A stretch of 64,000 nt of DNA from Verrucomicrobiia bacterium (GCA_036405135.1 DASWYF010000037.1:90016-154015); one strand, 5' to 3'; positions 21,355 to 31,007 are shown, counted from the first letter of the stretch. Program-made: numbers and translations. Notes: generated from the sequence alone by a model not told the origin.

Positions 21355-23283
21355 TCAAAGGCTGCGAACATTGCCCAAGCCGTATTGCTGGAGGATGGCG
21401 GCGAGGTTGGTTTTGGCCACGTCGTTGGCGAAGGCGCTGTCGCGGAAGACGACGGTGGTTTCGCCCGCGGGTTTCAGCTCTTTGTGCCAGGCCACGAGGC
21501 CGAGGGCCAGCGGCTCCACTTCGGCTTGCGGGATGGATTTGGAAAGGCAGACGAGCAAGGTGCCCGCGCCGATGCTGTGGACTTCGTGGGTGCCGATTTT
21601 GCGCGTCTCGATGGGCACGCAGAGGTCGAGGCCGAGCTTGAGGAGCAGTTCGAACAGGATGTCCTGCTCGGTGCGGTTGGTCTTGAGGTGCTCCACGGAG
21701 GCTTCGAGGCTCTCGGCGAGGTTCGCGCGGTTCGGGTCCCACTCGCGGATGTTCGTGGAATCCAGCTTGAAGACGCGGAAGCCGAGATCGCCAGCGAACA
21801 GCGAGTTCTCGTCTTTGATTTTCTTCCCAGCACGGCGCAGGCGCTCCCGCGTTATGTGGGCGATGGTTGGGTAGTCCTTTCGCTCAGTGGGCTCGGGTAA
21901 CTGGACCAAAATGTATTTTCGATTGCCGTTGTCCAACAAGTTTTGATTTAGAACTGCGTGCGCCGTTGTGGCGCTTCCACCAAAGAAATCCAAGACGATA
22001 TTCTCTTCATCGGGGATCGTACCAAGGCTCAGAATTTTCGAGATTAAACGAGTGGGCTTCGGTGTTTGAAAAATATCTGGCGCATCCGGAAACAGAGTTT
22101 GAATTTCTTTTTTTGCTTCGTCGTTGTGTCCCGTTTCGCTCCACAACCAAATCGTCTGCGCAACCACCCCTTCCACGTCACTCAAGAAGCGTTTGTATGC
22201 AGGAACCAAATTTGTGCCGTCAACGCCCCACCAAACGCGCTTATCTTTGCAGTTCTGCTCGTGTTTTTCTTTGCTGTATCGCCAAACAGCTGACTTATTC
22301 GGCCAGATCACGTCACCAGTGTTTGGTTGAATGATGGAGTAGTAAAGATTAGGGCGCTCTTCTGACGTCTTGTTACATTTGTAATTATCAGCACGCCACA
22401 ATCCGCGAGGGTCGTTATCTGGGTTCTTGTAAGCCGCGTTCGTTTTTTCACTTCTTTCCTCACGTGATAGAATTGCCTCCAACTTTCCATTCTGCCCAGT
22501 TGGCCTCAGCTTCGCGTAAACTAGCAGGTAGTCATGCGATGGAGAGAAATCGATTGTGTCGTTAGCTGGTGCGTATTTTTTCTGCCACGTAATACATCCC
22601 AAGAAGTTTTCTTCACCCAATATCTCGCTGCACAGCTTTTGCAGATTATCTATTTCATTGTCGTCGATGCTAATAAAAATCACTCCATCATCCCGCAAAA
22701 GATTTCTCGCCAGCTTGAGCCGCGGATACATCATGTTGAGCCAGTCGGTGTGGAAGCGGCCGGAGGCCTCGGTGTTGGACGAGAGTTTCTGGCCGCCTTC
22801 GCCAGTCTGGCCGGTGATTTCCAGGTAGTTCTTGATGTTGTCCTGAAAGTTGTCGGGATAGACAAAGTCCTTGCCGGTGTTGTAAGGCGGATCAATGTAG
22901 ATGAGCTTCACCTTCCCGGCGTAGGATTTCTGGAGGAGCTTGAGCACTTCCAGATTGTCCCCCTCGATCATGAGGTTCTGGGTGGTGTCCCAATCCACGC
23001 TATCCTCCGGGCAGGGCCGCAATGTGCCGGTAGAGGGCGTGAGGGCGAGCTGGCGGGCACGGCGTTTGCCATGCCAGTTCAGGCCGTATTTCTCCTCCGC
23101 TTCGGTCACGGTCCGGTCCCCCACAAGCTGCTTCATTACATCAAGATTCACCGCCACGCCCTCCGGCCCCTCGGTGAGCAACTCAGGGAACAGGGCCTTG
23201 AGCGCAGCCAGGTTCTCAGCCACCAAATCAGGCGACTTGGTCTCAGGATCGTTCACGGTCAGTTTCTGCATCGGCATGAACAT
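21355..23283 (-). CDS. mod: Type III Mod-like site-specific DNA methyltransferase (N6A/N4C, beta class)
   Basis: 642-aa ORF. The catalytic motif LIYIDPPYNTGKDF precedes the SAM-binding motif DFFGGSATTAHAV. Confidence 0.9.
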   Translation of the reverse strand: MFMPMQKLTVNDPETKSPDLVAENLAALKALFPELLTEGPEGVAVNLDVMKQLVGDRTVTEAEEKYGLNWHGKRRARQLALTPSTGTLRPCPEDSVDWDTTQNLMIEGDNLEVLKLLQKSYAGKVKLIYIDPPYNTGKDFVYPDNFQDNIKNYLEITGQTGEGGQKLSSNTEASGRFHTDWLNMMYPRLKLARNLLRDDGVIFISIDDNEIDNLQKLCSEILGEENFLGCITWQKKYAPANDTIDFSPSHDYLLVYAKLRPTGQNGKLEAILSREERSEKTNAAYKNPDNDPRGLWRADNYKCNKTSEERPNLYYSIIQPNTGDVIWPNKSAVWRYSKEKHEQNCKDKRVWWGVDGTNLVPAYKRFLSDVEGVVAQTIWLWSETGHNDEAKKEIQTLFPDAPDIFQTPKPTRLISKILSLGTIPDEENIVLDFFGGSATTAHAVLNQNLLDNGNRKYILVQLPEPTERKDYPTIAHITRERLRRAGKKIKDENSLFAGDLGFRVFKLDSTNIREWDPNRANLAESLEASVEHLKTNRTEQDILFELLLKLGLDLCVPIETRKIGTHEVHSIGAGTLLVCLSKSIPQAEVEPLALGLVAWHKELKPAGETTVVFRDSAFANDVAKTNLAAILQQYGLGNVRSL

Positions 23284-23315
23284 AAAGTAGGAAGAAAAAC
23301 TGATTTAGGCGAGAT

Positions 23316-25067
23316 TTAGCCCCCATTATTTTCATCGTCTGTGTCCTCCTCTTCCTCATCGAGGTCGGGCATGGTATCGGTGTCCACTTGCTGCGGATTG
23401 GGCATAGGCCAAACTTCCAGGGCTGTGTCAGCCAAACGTTCACCGCGCTGCACAATCGTTTCTTCATTCCAGGTTTCGAGCTGGCCAAGGCCCTGATTAA
23501 GTCGAAGAGGGCTTTGTGCAAATCCACCCGGTAAATCGCGCTTGGTGAGAAACGGGTGATCCCGATACTCGGAATTGTAACCAGTCAGTGTTAGGTTACC
23601 TAGAGTATGCAGCCATTTATCCTGCACAGTCTGCCAATCGGGGCCGAGAGCGGCGATCCACTCGGGTTTAAGCACTTTATTCTGCGGCAAGATATGTTCA
23701 ATCGTGAGTCCTTCAATGGATACAGGCTCCTTGCGATCATAATTCTCGAAGCGTTTGAGGATGAACCGCAAGGGACGTAAACTGTACAGATGGTTGCGGC
23801 AGAGAGCATGGCGGAATTCAGCATCATCCGGAAACCTTGCCCTGCCTGAAAGGCTTGTGAAACGGGCTTGTATGGCGTCTAAGTAATTATCCTTAACAAG
23901 GTTTTGCGCAAACGCAGCAAAGGTTTTGTTGAGAACGTTGGTTGGGACGCCACAGACGGCACGGCGCAGCACGAAATTCTCAATCAATCGGACGGAGGAC
24001 AGCATGTCGACTCGGGACAGCTGACCCTTACTATAATCATGGTACAATTCCAGAAGCAGTGGGTAAGCCACGTCGACCTTGAGTTCACCAAGATCGGCAA
24101 AGGCGGCAGCAAGGGCCGGATCTTTCTCCTGCCCCAAAGCCATGGCGGCATAGTGGCCGGCATGGGCATAGATATCTGCCAGCACCTGCTCAACGCCAGC
24201 AGCCTGTTCAGCGAGATAGGCTTTGAACTCATTGTAGACCGCGCTGATTCTGGGGATTTTACGTGTTTTTAAAGTCAGATAATGGCGCATGAATCCATCA
24301 AACGCTTGCCGATATGCCTCTTGTCCAAAGCGCTCTTCAATAGGACGCCAATAGCTTTGATAGAGCCGGGTCTGTTCGTGAGGTATTTGCCCCATGAGGA
24401 CGAAGTTGCGGATGAGATCGGCCTGGCTAAGCGCTAGGCCAGTCGAATTCATGCTCTCAAAGATAAGCTGAGGGTTGTCTTGCCCACGTTGCAAGGCGAC
24501 TTCAACTATCATCAATTTGGCAAGACCACGGCACAGATTCCGAAGGCCTTTTCCATCCAAACCGCCTATTTGACGGGTAAAATATTCAAAATTTTCCATG
24601 ACGCGTATGGACTTAGCGTCTGGAATCGGTTGCTGGCCAGTGAGAGCCAGCATCGTCGTCTTATCAGTTTGGGTAAGTATGAGTTTATGGCGGCGCTCAC
24701 CCGTTTCCTCGGGATCGAGCAAATAGTAGTTTCGGATTTTGCGTGCCGTGAAGCCATCCTCGGGCTCTTCTTCTCCAATGGTACGTGCCAAAGCTTCAAG
24801 CAAAATTGTTGCAGTGGTTACGCGCTGTTGTCCGTCAATGATCAGGAGTGCTGAAGGATTTCCCACGGTCTGTAAATCGGCCTCGACATAAACTATCGAG
24901 CCGATGAAATGAGCATTCACCTGAGGCAGTGAACCAACGCGAAGAATATCATTCCAAAGCTGTTCACAGTTTTGGAGCGACCATGAATAGGTGCGCTGGT
25001 AAATTGGAATGGTGAGCTGTGGCGAACTACGGAGGAATTTTAGCAATGGTAGAGCTTCGGCTTTCAT
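23316..25067 (-). CDS. GmrSD-like type IV restriction protein (DUF262 + DUF1524)
   Basis: 583-aa ORF. The N-terminal DUF262 motifs are IPIYQRTYSW and IIDGQQRVTT. The C-terminal HNH-like DUF1524 motifs are IEHILPQN and HTLGNLTLTGYN. Confidence 0.85.
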   Translation of the reverse strand: MKAEALPLLKFLRSSPQLTIPIYQRTYSWSLQNCEQLWNDILRVGSLPQVNAHFIGSIVYVEADLQTVGNPSALLIIDGQQRVTTATILLEALARTIGEEEPEDGFTARKIRNYYLLDPEETGERRHKLILTQTDKTTMLALTGQQPIPDAKSIRVMENFEYFTRQIGGLDGKGLRNLCRGLAKLMIVEVALQRGQDNPQLIFESMNSTGLALSQADLIRNFVLMGQIPHEQTRLYQSYWRPIEERFGQEAYRQAFDGFMRHYLTLKTRKIPRISAVYNEFKAYLAEQAAGVEQVLADIYAHAGHYAAMALGQEKDPALAAAFADLGELKVDVAYPLLLELYHDYSKGQLSRVDMLSSVRLIENFVLRRAVCGVPTNVLNKTFAAFAQNLVKDNYLDAIQARFTSLSGRARFPDDAEFRHALCRNHLYSLRPLRFILKRFENYDRKEPVSIEGLTIEHILPQNKVLKPEWIAALGPDWQTVQDKWLHTLGNLTLTGYNSEYRDHPFLTKRDLPGGFAQSPLRLNQGLGQLETWNEETIVQRGERLADTALEVWPMPNPQQVDTDTMPDLDEEEEDTDDENNGG

Positions 25068-25816
25068 AGTGATTTTAACAGCAACTGCATTTGAGATTCT
25101 AGACGGTTCACGGTCAGGTTTATTTCCACGCGACGGTTAAGCTGCTTTTCCTTATCGGCTTGGGCGCGGAGATTGGTGATTTCACGGCTGAGGCGTTGAA
25201 ACTCAGCTAACGCTACGCGACGACTCTCGGCAGCAGCAGGATCAAGAGCAGGCGTGAATTTTCCGGTTTGGCTGGCGGCAGCATATGTCTCAAAGGCCTC
25301 GATCCAGCCCTGATAGAAAGCATGGAGGTGCTGGCGGGGCTGAGTGGAGATGTTAAGGGCAGTCAGAAACGCAGAAGTGGTGGGAGTGTTTTCCGGTAGG
25401 TCTGCGGTGGTAAGCGGGCCATCGAGCACCGTCTGCCCGGATTGGCCCTGCGACCATCGCAAGTGAGCCAGAGAGAGCGTCAAACCAGCGGCCTGAGAAA
25501 CAATGAGAAAGAGTGGGTACGGGATGGAGCGATGGATCAATTCGGAAAGTCGGGCAGCTTTGGCCCCCTCGCGAAGGGTAAGCGAGAGCACGGCGATCTC
25601 CAGATATTCGCGGGTATCATCACGGTAGGTGGGCACGCCGATGGTGGCTGGCTTGAGTGCGGCGATCCAGAGCAGCTCTTCAATGCCTTCATTGATCTGG
25701 CGCTTGTCCGCAGCCGTGGGCGCTCCGTTTTCCACGAGATGCTTTTTGGGCACACGCTGATGCACGAGGGCATCGGCGGGAAGCTGCAGGGCGGCTATGA
25801 CGGTGTCTTGGGGCAT
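25064..25816 (-). CDS. DUF4391 domain protein
   Basis: 250-aa ORF. Sequence pattern (LEIAVLSLTL...IHRSIPYPLFLIV) and position between an SNF2 helicase and a methylase are both typical of DUF4391. It overlaps the next gene by 4 nt. Confidence 0.7.
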   Translation of the reverse strand: MPQDTVIAALQLPADALVHQRVPKKHLVENGAPTAADKRQINEGIEELLWIAALKPATIGVPTYRDDTREYLEIAVLSLTLREGAKAARLSELIHRSIPYPLFLIVSQAAGLTLSLAHLRWSQGQSGQTVLDGPLTTADLPENTPTTSAFLTALNISTQPRQHLHAFYQGWIEAFETYAAASQTGKFTPALDPAAAESRRVALAEFQRLSREITNLRAQADKEKQLNRRVEINLTVNRLESQMQLLLKSL

Positions 25817-25819
25817 GGA

Positions 25820-28800
25820 TTACGAATTTCCCTCAATCGCCTGAACGCAGGCTTCACGAAAACCGCAATCGCGGCAGCGTCTCGTCCGTCGGTCAAGCAT
25901 CTCCCGGTTTCCGAAGCAGCCAGGACGGGGCAGGTCCTGTCCGGATTGTGGCGTGAGTCGACACGCTGACCATTTGAGCCACCCTCCTGCGGTTTGCATA
26001 AGTCTCGCCAAATGTTGAGTGGCCGTGCCGGCTGATTCGATACCCAACCCCAAGACATGCAATGCGGGGCCTAACGCTCCCAGGAATCCGACTGCGCCAA
26101 CAACAAAAACCGCAAATTCAGCCCAGAAGCACCCATCACCATCACCCGAGTGAACTACGTCGATCTGTACTCCGTCAGGTTTCTTGACGGACCCCAGGAT
26201 TTGACTGAGAGCATTGATTGTTTCCTGAATCGCATCTTGTTTATCCTTTTGTGAAAATGAGGCCTTGTCCGGCTTCTCAAACTTGAATGTGAAATTCGCC
26301 AGTTCCAGACGGGTGTTGTTGTGAGCGGAGCCAGATGTTGCGGGAAGGATCACGAGGGAGGCGACGACTTCGAAGTCGTTGATGCCGGCGAACTCTCCTT
26401 TGATGGCATGGGTGCCGCCAGGTGTGAAAAGGCTGGCGATGGCGCGTTCCTCCTTTTTCCCGATGACAGAAGTGACTGCCGCAGAGAGGAGCTTGCGGGC
26501 CTGGGACATATCCGCGCCGTGCCGGGTGGCTTTATCAAAGCGGGCATTGGCTTCTGCGTCTGGCAGATCGCGCCCGACTGATATTCGTTTAAGCCGATCA
26601 AGCACCGTTTTGGCCTGGGTGAAGGGCAGCAGCACTGTGCCATCATCTCCCACGTGGACGAGGTAATGAGGGGCGAGCGGATAACCCGGTTCAAATGATT
26701 TCGTGGCCGCTTCACCTTCTGCGCGAAGGCAGAATACAATGCCTGGCGGGATTCCAGTTTCCGGCGAGGTGGTGACGGAAAAAGTGCCCAAAGGAAGGGT
26801 CTCGAGTTTGCCGGGGTGAGTTTTGAGATAATGTGCGAGATCAATCCGAAAATCGGTCAGCGTGAGGTCAGCTATCGAGACACCGCTAGACAGATCTTCC
26901 AGATCGATTACGGCGTCCTGGAGTTTGAGGAGCTGGGTGCGGCGGTATTCCAGATCGTTCATCTGGTTGCCTGAATGTTGCTCAATCAGGTTTTCCTCGC
27001 CGGTGGCAGAAATATCGAGGAGGACCATTCGACCGGAAACGCGCTGTTCCAGATTGATATACTCTTCCAGCTCAATATTTGGCCAGAAATTGACCAGCTG
27101 GATGCTCTTGTTCGGAGAGCCGATACGGTCGATACGGCCAAAGCGTTGGATGATCCGGACGGGATTCCAATGAATGTCGTAGTTGATGAGGAAATCGCAG
27201 TCTTGGAGATTTTGGCCTTCGCTGATGCAATCGGTAGCGATAAGGAGGTCAACATCCCCCTCGGCAGTGACATCATCAGGGCGTTCCTTGGAACGGGGAG
27301 AAAAAGCCGTGAGAATGCTTGCCAAATCCTTCCGCAGGTTTGGAAGTGTGGTCTGGTTTCGACCCGCGCCAGTGACTAACGCTGAGTGCAAGCCGAGTTC
27401 TGACTTCGCCCAGCCGGCCAGTTCCTCATAGAGGTATTGGGCGGTATCGGCAAAGGCGGTGAAAACGATCACCTTGCGATTACCGGGATTTAACGGCTGG
27501 CGGACTTTTTGGGTTATAACGCCACGCAAGGTTTCAAGTTTCGCATCGCGAGCAGCACCAACTTGATGTGCAGCAGAATACAGAGTGGCGAGGCGGTTGC
27601 GGTCCTCGATGAGGTCCTGCCTCCAGCGGACCAGATCGATATCCTGCACCAATACTTTGACTTTTCGGCCGACCAGCAGGCTTTCGAAAGCAGGGTCATC
27701 GATTTCGAGGTCTTCGATGTCAATCTCCTCCACCGCTTCCTCATGCGCTTCGATTTTTTCCAGTGTGGCCTCAACATCTGCCAGCTGGCGCCTTACCGTG
27801 AGGGCGAACGATGGCACCGCACTTTCCATGCGTTTGAGCACATTGACTCGGATGAGGTGGATGAGGCTCTCTTCACGGTCAACTTGACGGAAGAAGCTCT
27901 CACCGCCACGGATTTGGGTGCTGTATTTCGCATCGTAAGCAGCCTGTTTGTGGGGCAAGACGTAGCGAAGGGGCGCATAAGCAGCCAAGGTGAGTCGCCG
28001 AATCTCGTTGTTGATCTCACGGATGGAGCGAAATTCCCCCGCGCGGTCCACATCCGGCTTGTAGTTGATCGGTTTGAGACGCTCTGGGAATGTGCCGGTT
28101 TCAGTCGTCCCGTAGTATTTTTCGATATGTTTGCGGGAGCGGGCTATCGTAAGCAAATCAAGCAATTTGAAGTAATCGAACCCAAGCATTTCAATAAGCC
28201 TGGATGGTGTGCGTTCATTTTCCCCAGAAGCCAGCCAGCGGTTGAATTGAAGTTGGGCCTTCCGGACAGTGGACTCGATGCTGCTGATACCTTGATCAAA
28301 CAGGGCCGTGTCGTCGCCCTCAGTAACGAACGCAATCTGGTTCTTTAGGTCGGCGAGGCGGTTGTTAACCGGAGTGGCCGAGAGCATGAGGACACGGGTC
28401 TTCACCCCTTCCTTGATAATACGACGCATGAGGCGGTCGTAGCGTGTCTCGCGGTCTTTTAAGGAGGCTTTATTGCGGAAGTTGTGCGACTCATCTATGA
28501 CGACAAGGTCGTAGTTGCCCCAGTTTACGTGTGAGAGTTCGATATCACCGGATTTACCGCCGTCCCTGGAAAGATCGGTATGGTTGAGAACATCATAATT
28601 GAATCGATCGGACGCTAGGATGTTTCGGCGATCATTCGCCTTGTAGAGCGTCCAGTTATCCCGCAGACGCTTTGGCACCAAGACGAGCACTCGGTCATTC
28701 CTCAGTTCGTAGTATTTGATGATGGCAAGTGCTTCAAACGTCTTACCCAGACCAACGCTGTCAGCAATGATGCAACCGCCAAGTCGCTCAAGTTTGTCTA

Positions 28801-29524
28801 TTGCCCCAATGACGCCGTCACGCTGAAACTTGAAGAGTTTCTTCCATACTACCGTGTTACGGATGCCGGTCGCCGATTTGACTATCTTGTCTTCATCAAG
28901 TTCGTTCCCCCGATCTTTGAAGATATGGAACAGAATCAGAGCATAAACTTGGGAAGGCTCGCGTTTCGCGCTTATCTCGTCGAGGAGACTCAATAAGGCT
29001 GTTTTTCCTTCCGGAGTGGCCTTGATGGAGTTCCACATTTTGGAAAACCAACCGGCAAGTAATTGGGATTCTTGAGCAGACTCTGTAGCCTGGATGAGGC
29101 TAAACTCGTTACTGGGAGTGACGCCGAGGCCTTCGGTAGTGATCGAGCAGTTTCCGCTGATGACTTTCACAGGCATGCCCTGCGAGTCGTTTGCCACCAG
29201 AATAGCTTGTGGTAACGGAGCCGGAGCAACTTTTATGTCAGCACGTGCGCGCAACCACTCGGCGAATTCGCGGGCAAGTTTATGGGCGTTAAGTTGATTG
29301 CGAAAGCCACGGTCAGCTTCAGCGCCGAGTAATGGTTGGTGCTCAGATAGTGACGGCGAAATTATAATGCGTGCGCGGGAAAGTTGGTCCAGAAGATCGC
29401 GCATCTCACCAAAACCAAAAAGAGACAGATCAGGCGATGCAACATCGAGATTTCCACCTTTCTCGAAACTGGAACGTAGTTCTGTGATGACACGGTCAGT
29501 GCCTTGGTTTTTAACGATTTTCAT
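25820..29524 (-). CDS. SNF2-family helicase-related protein with N-terminal accessory region and unusual C-terminal tail
   Basis: 1234-aa ORF. SNF2 motifs seen are DSVGLGKTFEAL, VIDESHNFRN, LMLSATPVNN, ATDCISEGQNLQDC and NPVRIIQRFGRIDRIGS. The last ~100 aa are hydrophobic then Cys-rich. Confidence 0.9.
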   Translation of the reverse strand: MKIVKNQGTDRVITELRSSFEKGGNLDVASPDLSLFGFGEMRDLLDQLSRARIIISPSLSEHQPLLGAEADRGFRNQLNAHKLAREFAEWLRARADIKVAPAPLPQAILVANDSQGMPVKVISGNCSITTEGLGVTPSNEFSLIQATESAQESQLLAGWFSKMWNSIKATPEGKTALLSLLDEISAKREPSQVYALILFHIFKDRGNELDEDKIVKSATGIRNTVVWKKLFKFQRDGVIGAIDKLERLGGCIIADSVGLGKTFEALAIIKYYELRNDRVLVLVPKRLRDNWTLYKANDRRNILASDRFNYDVLNHTDLSRDGGKSGDIELSHVNWGNYDLVVIDESHNFRNKASLKDRETRYDRLMRRIIKEGVKTRVLMLSATPVNNRLADLKNQIAFVTEGDDTALFDQGISSIESTVRKAQLQFNRWLASGENERTPSRLIEMLGFDYFKLLDLLTIARSRKHIEKYYGTTETGTFPERLKPINYKPDVDRAGEFRSIREINNEIRRLTLAAYAPLRYVLPHKQAAYDAKYSTQIRGGESFFRQVDREESLIHLIRVNVLKRMESAVPSFALTVRRQLADVEATLEKIEAHEEAVEEIDIEDLEIDDPAFESLLVGRKVKVLVQDIDLVRWRQDLIEDRNRLATLYSAAHQVGAARDAKLETLRGVITQKVRQPLNPGNRKVIVFTAFADTAQYLYEELAGWAKSELGLHSALVTGAGRNQTTLPNLRKDLASILTAFSPRSKERPDDVTAEGDVDLLIATDCISEGQNLQDCDFLINYDIHWNPVRIIQRFGRIDRIGSPNKSIQLVNFWPNIELEEYINLEQRVSGRMVLLDISATGEENLIEQHSGNQMNDLEYRRTQLLKLQDAVIDLEDLSSGVSIADLTLTDFRIDLAHYLKTHPGKLETLPLGTFSVTTSPETGIPPGIVFCLRAEGEAATKSFEPGYPLAPHYLVHVGDDGTVLLPFTQAKTVLDRLKRISVGRDLPDAEANARFDKATRHGADMSQARKLLSAAVTSVIGKKEERAIASLFTPGGTHAIKGEFAGINDFEVVASLVILPATSGSAHNNTRLELANFTFKFEKPDKASFSQKDKQDAIQETINALSQILGSVKKPDGVQIDVVHSGDGDGCFWAEFAVFVVGAVGFLGALGPALHVLGLGIESAGTATQHLARLMQTAGGWLKWSACRLTPQSGQDLPRPGCFGNREMLDRRTRRCRDCGFREACVQAIEGNS

Positions 29525-30153
29525 TGTGTTAAATTGGAATAAAGAGCGGAATGTCAGGAGTCTGCTTGCAAACCTCTAATAGCAGCAATGCATAATACAT
29601 CTCAGGCGGATTCCTCAATCCGAGTGCTTGCTGGAAACACTGGATGCTTTCGGACTTCGAGTGTCATTCCTGCAGTAGCCTGTTGGCTAGGTTTGGCCCT
29701 GAATCCGTTTTCTGCTGTAACGCTTTCCATGGCGATAATCCTTTCCTGATTCTGATAGCATCCTCCTTGGGTACAACAAGCCTAGATTCTATTGATGCGC
29801 AGGGGGGGGCGCGTTGGCTCAAATTAAAAGACACCGCAGGTGGAAAGTGAGGTTGAGAGAAGCAGGCGTTGAGTCAAAGTGGTTGTTACCCGCGAGGGAC
29901 AACGAAATGAGTGAACAAATCCGGAAGAAAGTGATGAGACGCCAATGACCTGACGTTCACGCTTTGAAAACTCAAGTTTCACCGCAAATCACTACTGTCC
30001 CGATCTTAACTGGACAGCATTGAAAATAGAGAATAATTGTAATGGTTGTTTTTTCTATTTCATTTACCGCCCATGCGATCAGTTTGTTTCACCTTTTGAA
30101 CAGAATCTGAAACTACTGTGATTTGAGCGACGGATATCGGGAGTTTCAGTGAC

Positions 30154-30369
30154 TCAATGGGTTTCAGGAGCAGTCAGGAACTTTTCTCGATTGCGCTCAT
30201 ACTCGCTCAATGGCGGCACTTTGACTTTCGCCCGTTTGGCGTAAGCGCGGTTCATGGCTTTGCTGTTGTGGCCCAAAACTTCCTGTGCGAACCGTTCTGG
30301 AATCCCGGCGAAACAGGCGCGTTCGGCCCAGGCGTAACGGTATCAATGAAGCGTGACCCCTTTGATGAT
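30154..30369 (-). pseudogene. Tyrosine recombinase (integrase) C-terminal remnant
   Basis: My minus-strand translation gives IIKGVTLH-stop-YRYAWAERACFAGIPERFAQEVLGHNSKAMNRAYAK.... This carries the HxxR and LGH...Y catalytic-region pattern with an in-frame stop inside HxxR. The N-terminal ~300 codons are absent. Confidence 0.7.
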
Positions 30370-30872
30370 TCATCCAGGAAGATCAGCCTGGCCGGATCCC
30401 AGCCCGTCTGTTGCTGGCGCCACTGGCGGCGCGCCCGGACGACGTCAGGCCGGTCTGGCTCGCTGGCGCGGAGCGTCTTTTTTTATATGTCAGCCCCATT
30501 TTCGCCAGCGTCACGTTGATGGCCTGCAAGGAAAACCTGAGCCCGGTGGCGGTCCGCAGTTCCTGCAGTGTCAAATCGTTCTTTTTGGCCAGCAAGGCGC
30601 GCAGGTGGCTGCGGTGACTGGCGACAATGGTCGGCTTGCGCCCGGAAAACCGATGCCGCGGAGCGATATCCCCCGTCTGCCGCCGCTGCCGGAGGAGTTT
30701 TTTGACCAGCCCCAGCGACACCCGGAAGCGGTGCGCTATCTCAGGCCGGGTGCCTTCCTCATCGTCATAGGCGGCCAGAATGCGCTCACGCAGATCAACA
30801 GATGTCGTTCGCATGAACCATGCTTACCACAACCTTCCAGTATTGGTTACAGTTTTAATTGAAATGCTCTAA
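30370..30872 (-). mobile_element. Truncated IS630-family element (5-prime part only)
   Basis: The HTH N-terminus (MRTTSVDLRERILAAYDDEEG...) runs to an A7 tract. Past the tract, the -1 frame reads LRASEPDRPDVVRARRQWRQQQTGWDPARLIFLDES and stops at the first DDE aspartate. The leader before the ATG resembles that of the complete IS at 50647. Boundaries are approximate. Confidence 0.7.
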
Positions 30873-30879
30873 ACCTCTA

Positions 30880-30975
30880 CAAATGGGGCGCATGGTTTCA
30901 CGAGGAATCAAGTGGTATCTGAGCTGATCCGGCTTAATCTCGGTTAATCAATTTGGTGCACCTTTTGGTGCGCGC
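30880..30975 (+). repeat. Intergenic repeat family, copy B (left part shortened)
   Basis: GGAATCAAGTGGTATCTGAGCTGATCCGGCTTAATCTCGGTTAATCAA is followed by the tandem TTTGGTGCACCTTTTGGTGCGC (30952-30973). It aligns with copies A and D. Confidence 0.7.
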
Positions 30976-31007
30976 GACCTTATTCAGGATTTTCACCAAT
31001 ATCATGC

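Noticed and set aside
21134-21874. Arg/Pro-rich ORFs 21134..21742 (minus) and 21350..21874 (plus), which span the mod 3-prime region and the mod-abi gap.
   Set aside because: They overlap the well-supported Mod ORF out of frame, have an extreme RPRG-type composition and carry no motif. The gap is better explained by the terminator-like hairpin.
17119-29524. Calling the defence array DISARM because it has an SNF2 helicase and a methylase.
   Set aside because: No DUF1998-type (DrmB) or DrmA-like helicase gene is present. The methylase/Res pair has type III motifs. I also could not find an HxKxxxxD phospholipase-D motif in the SNF2 N-terminus, so no PLD nuclease domain is claimed.
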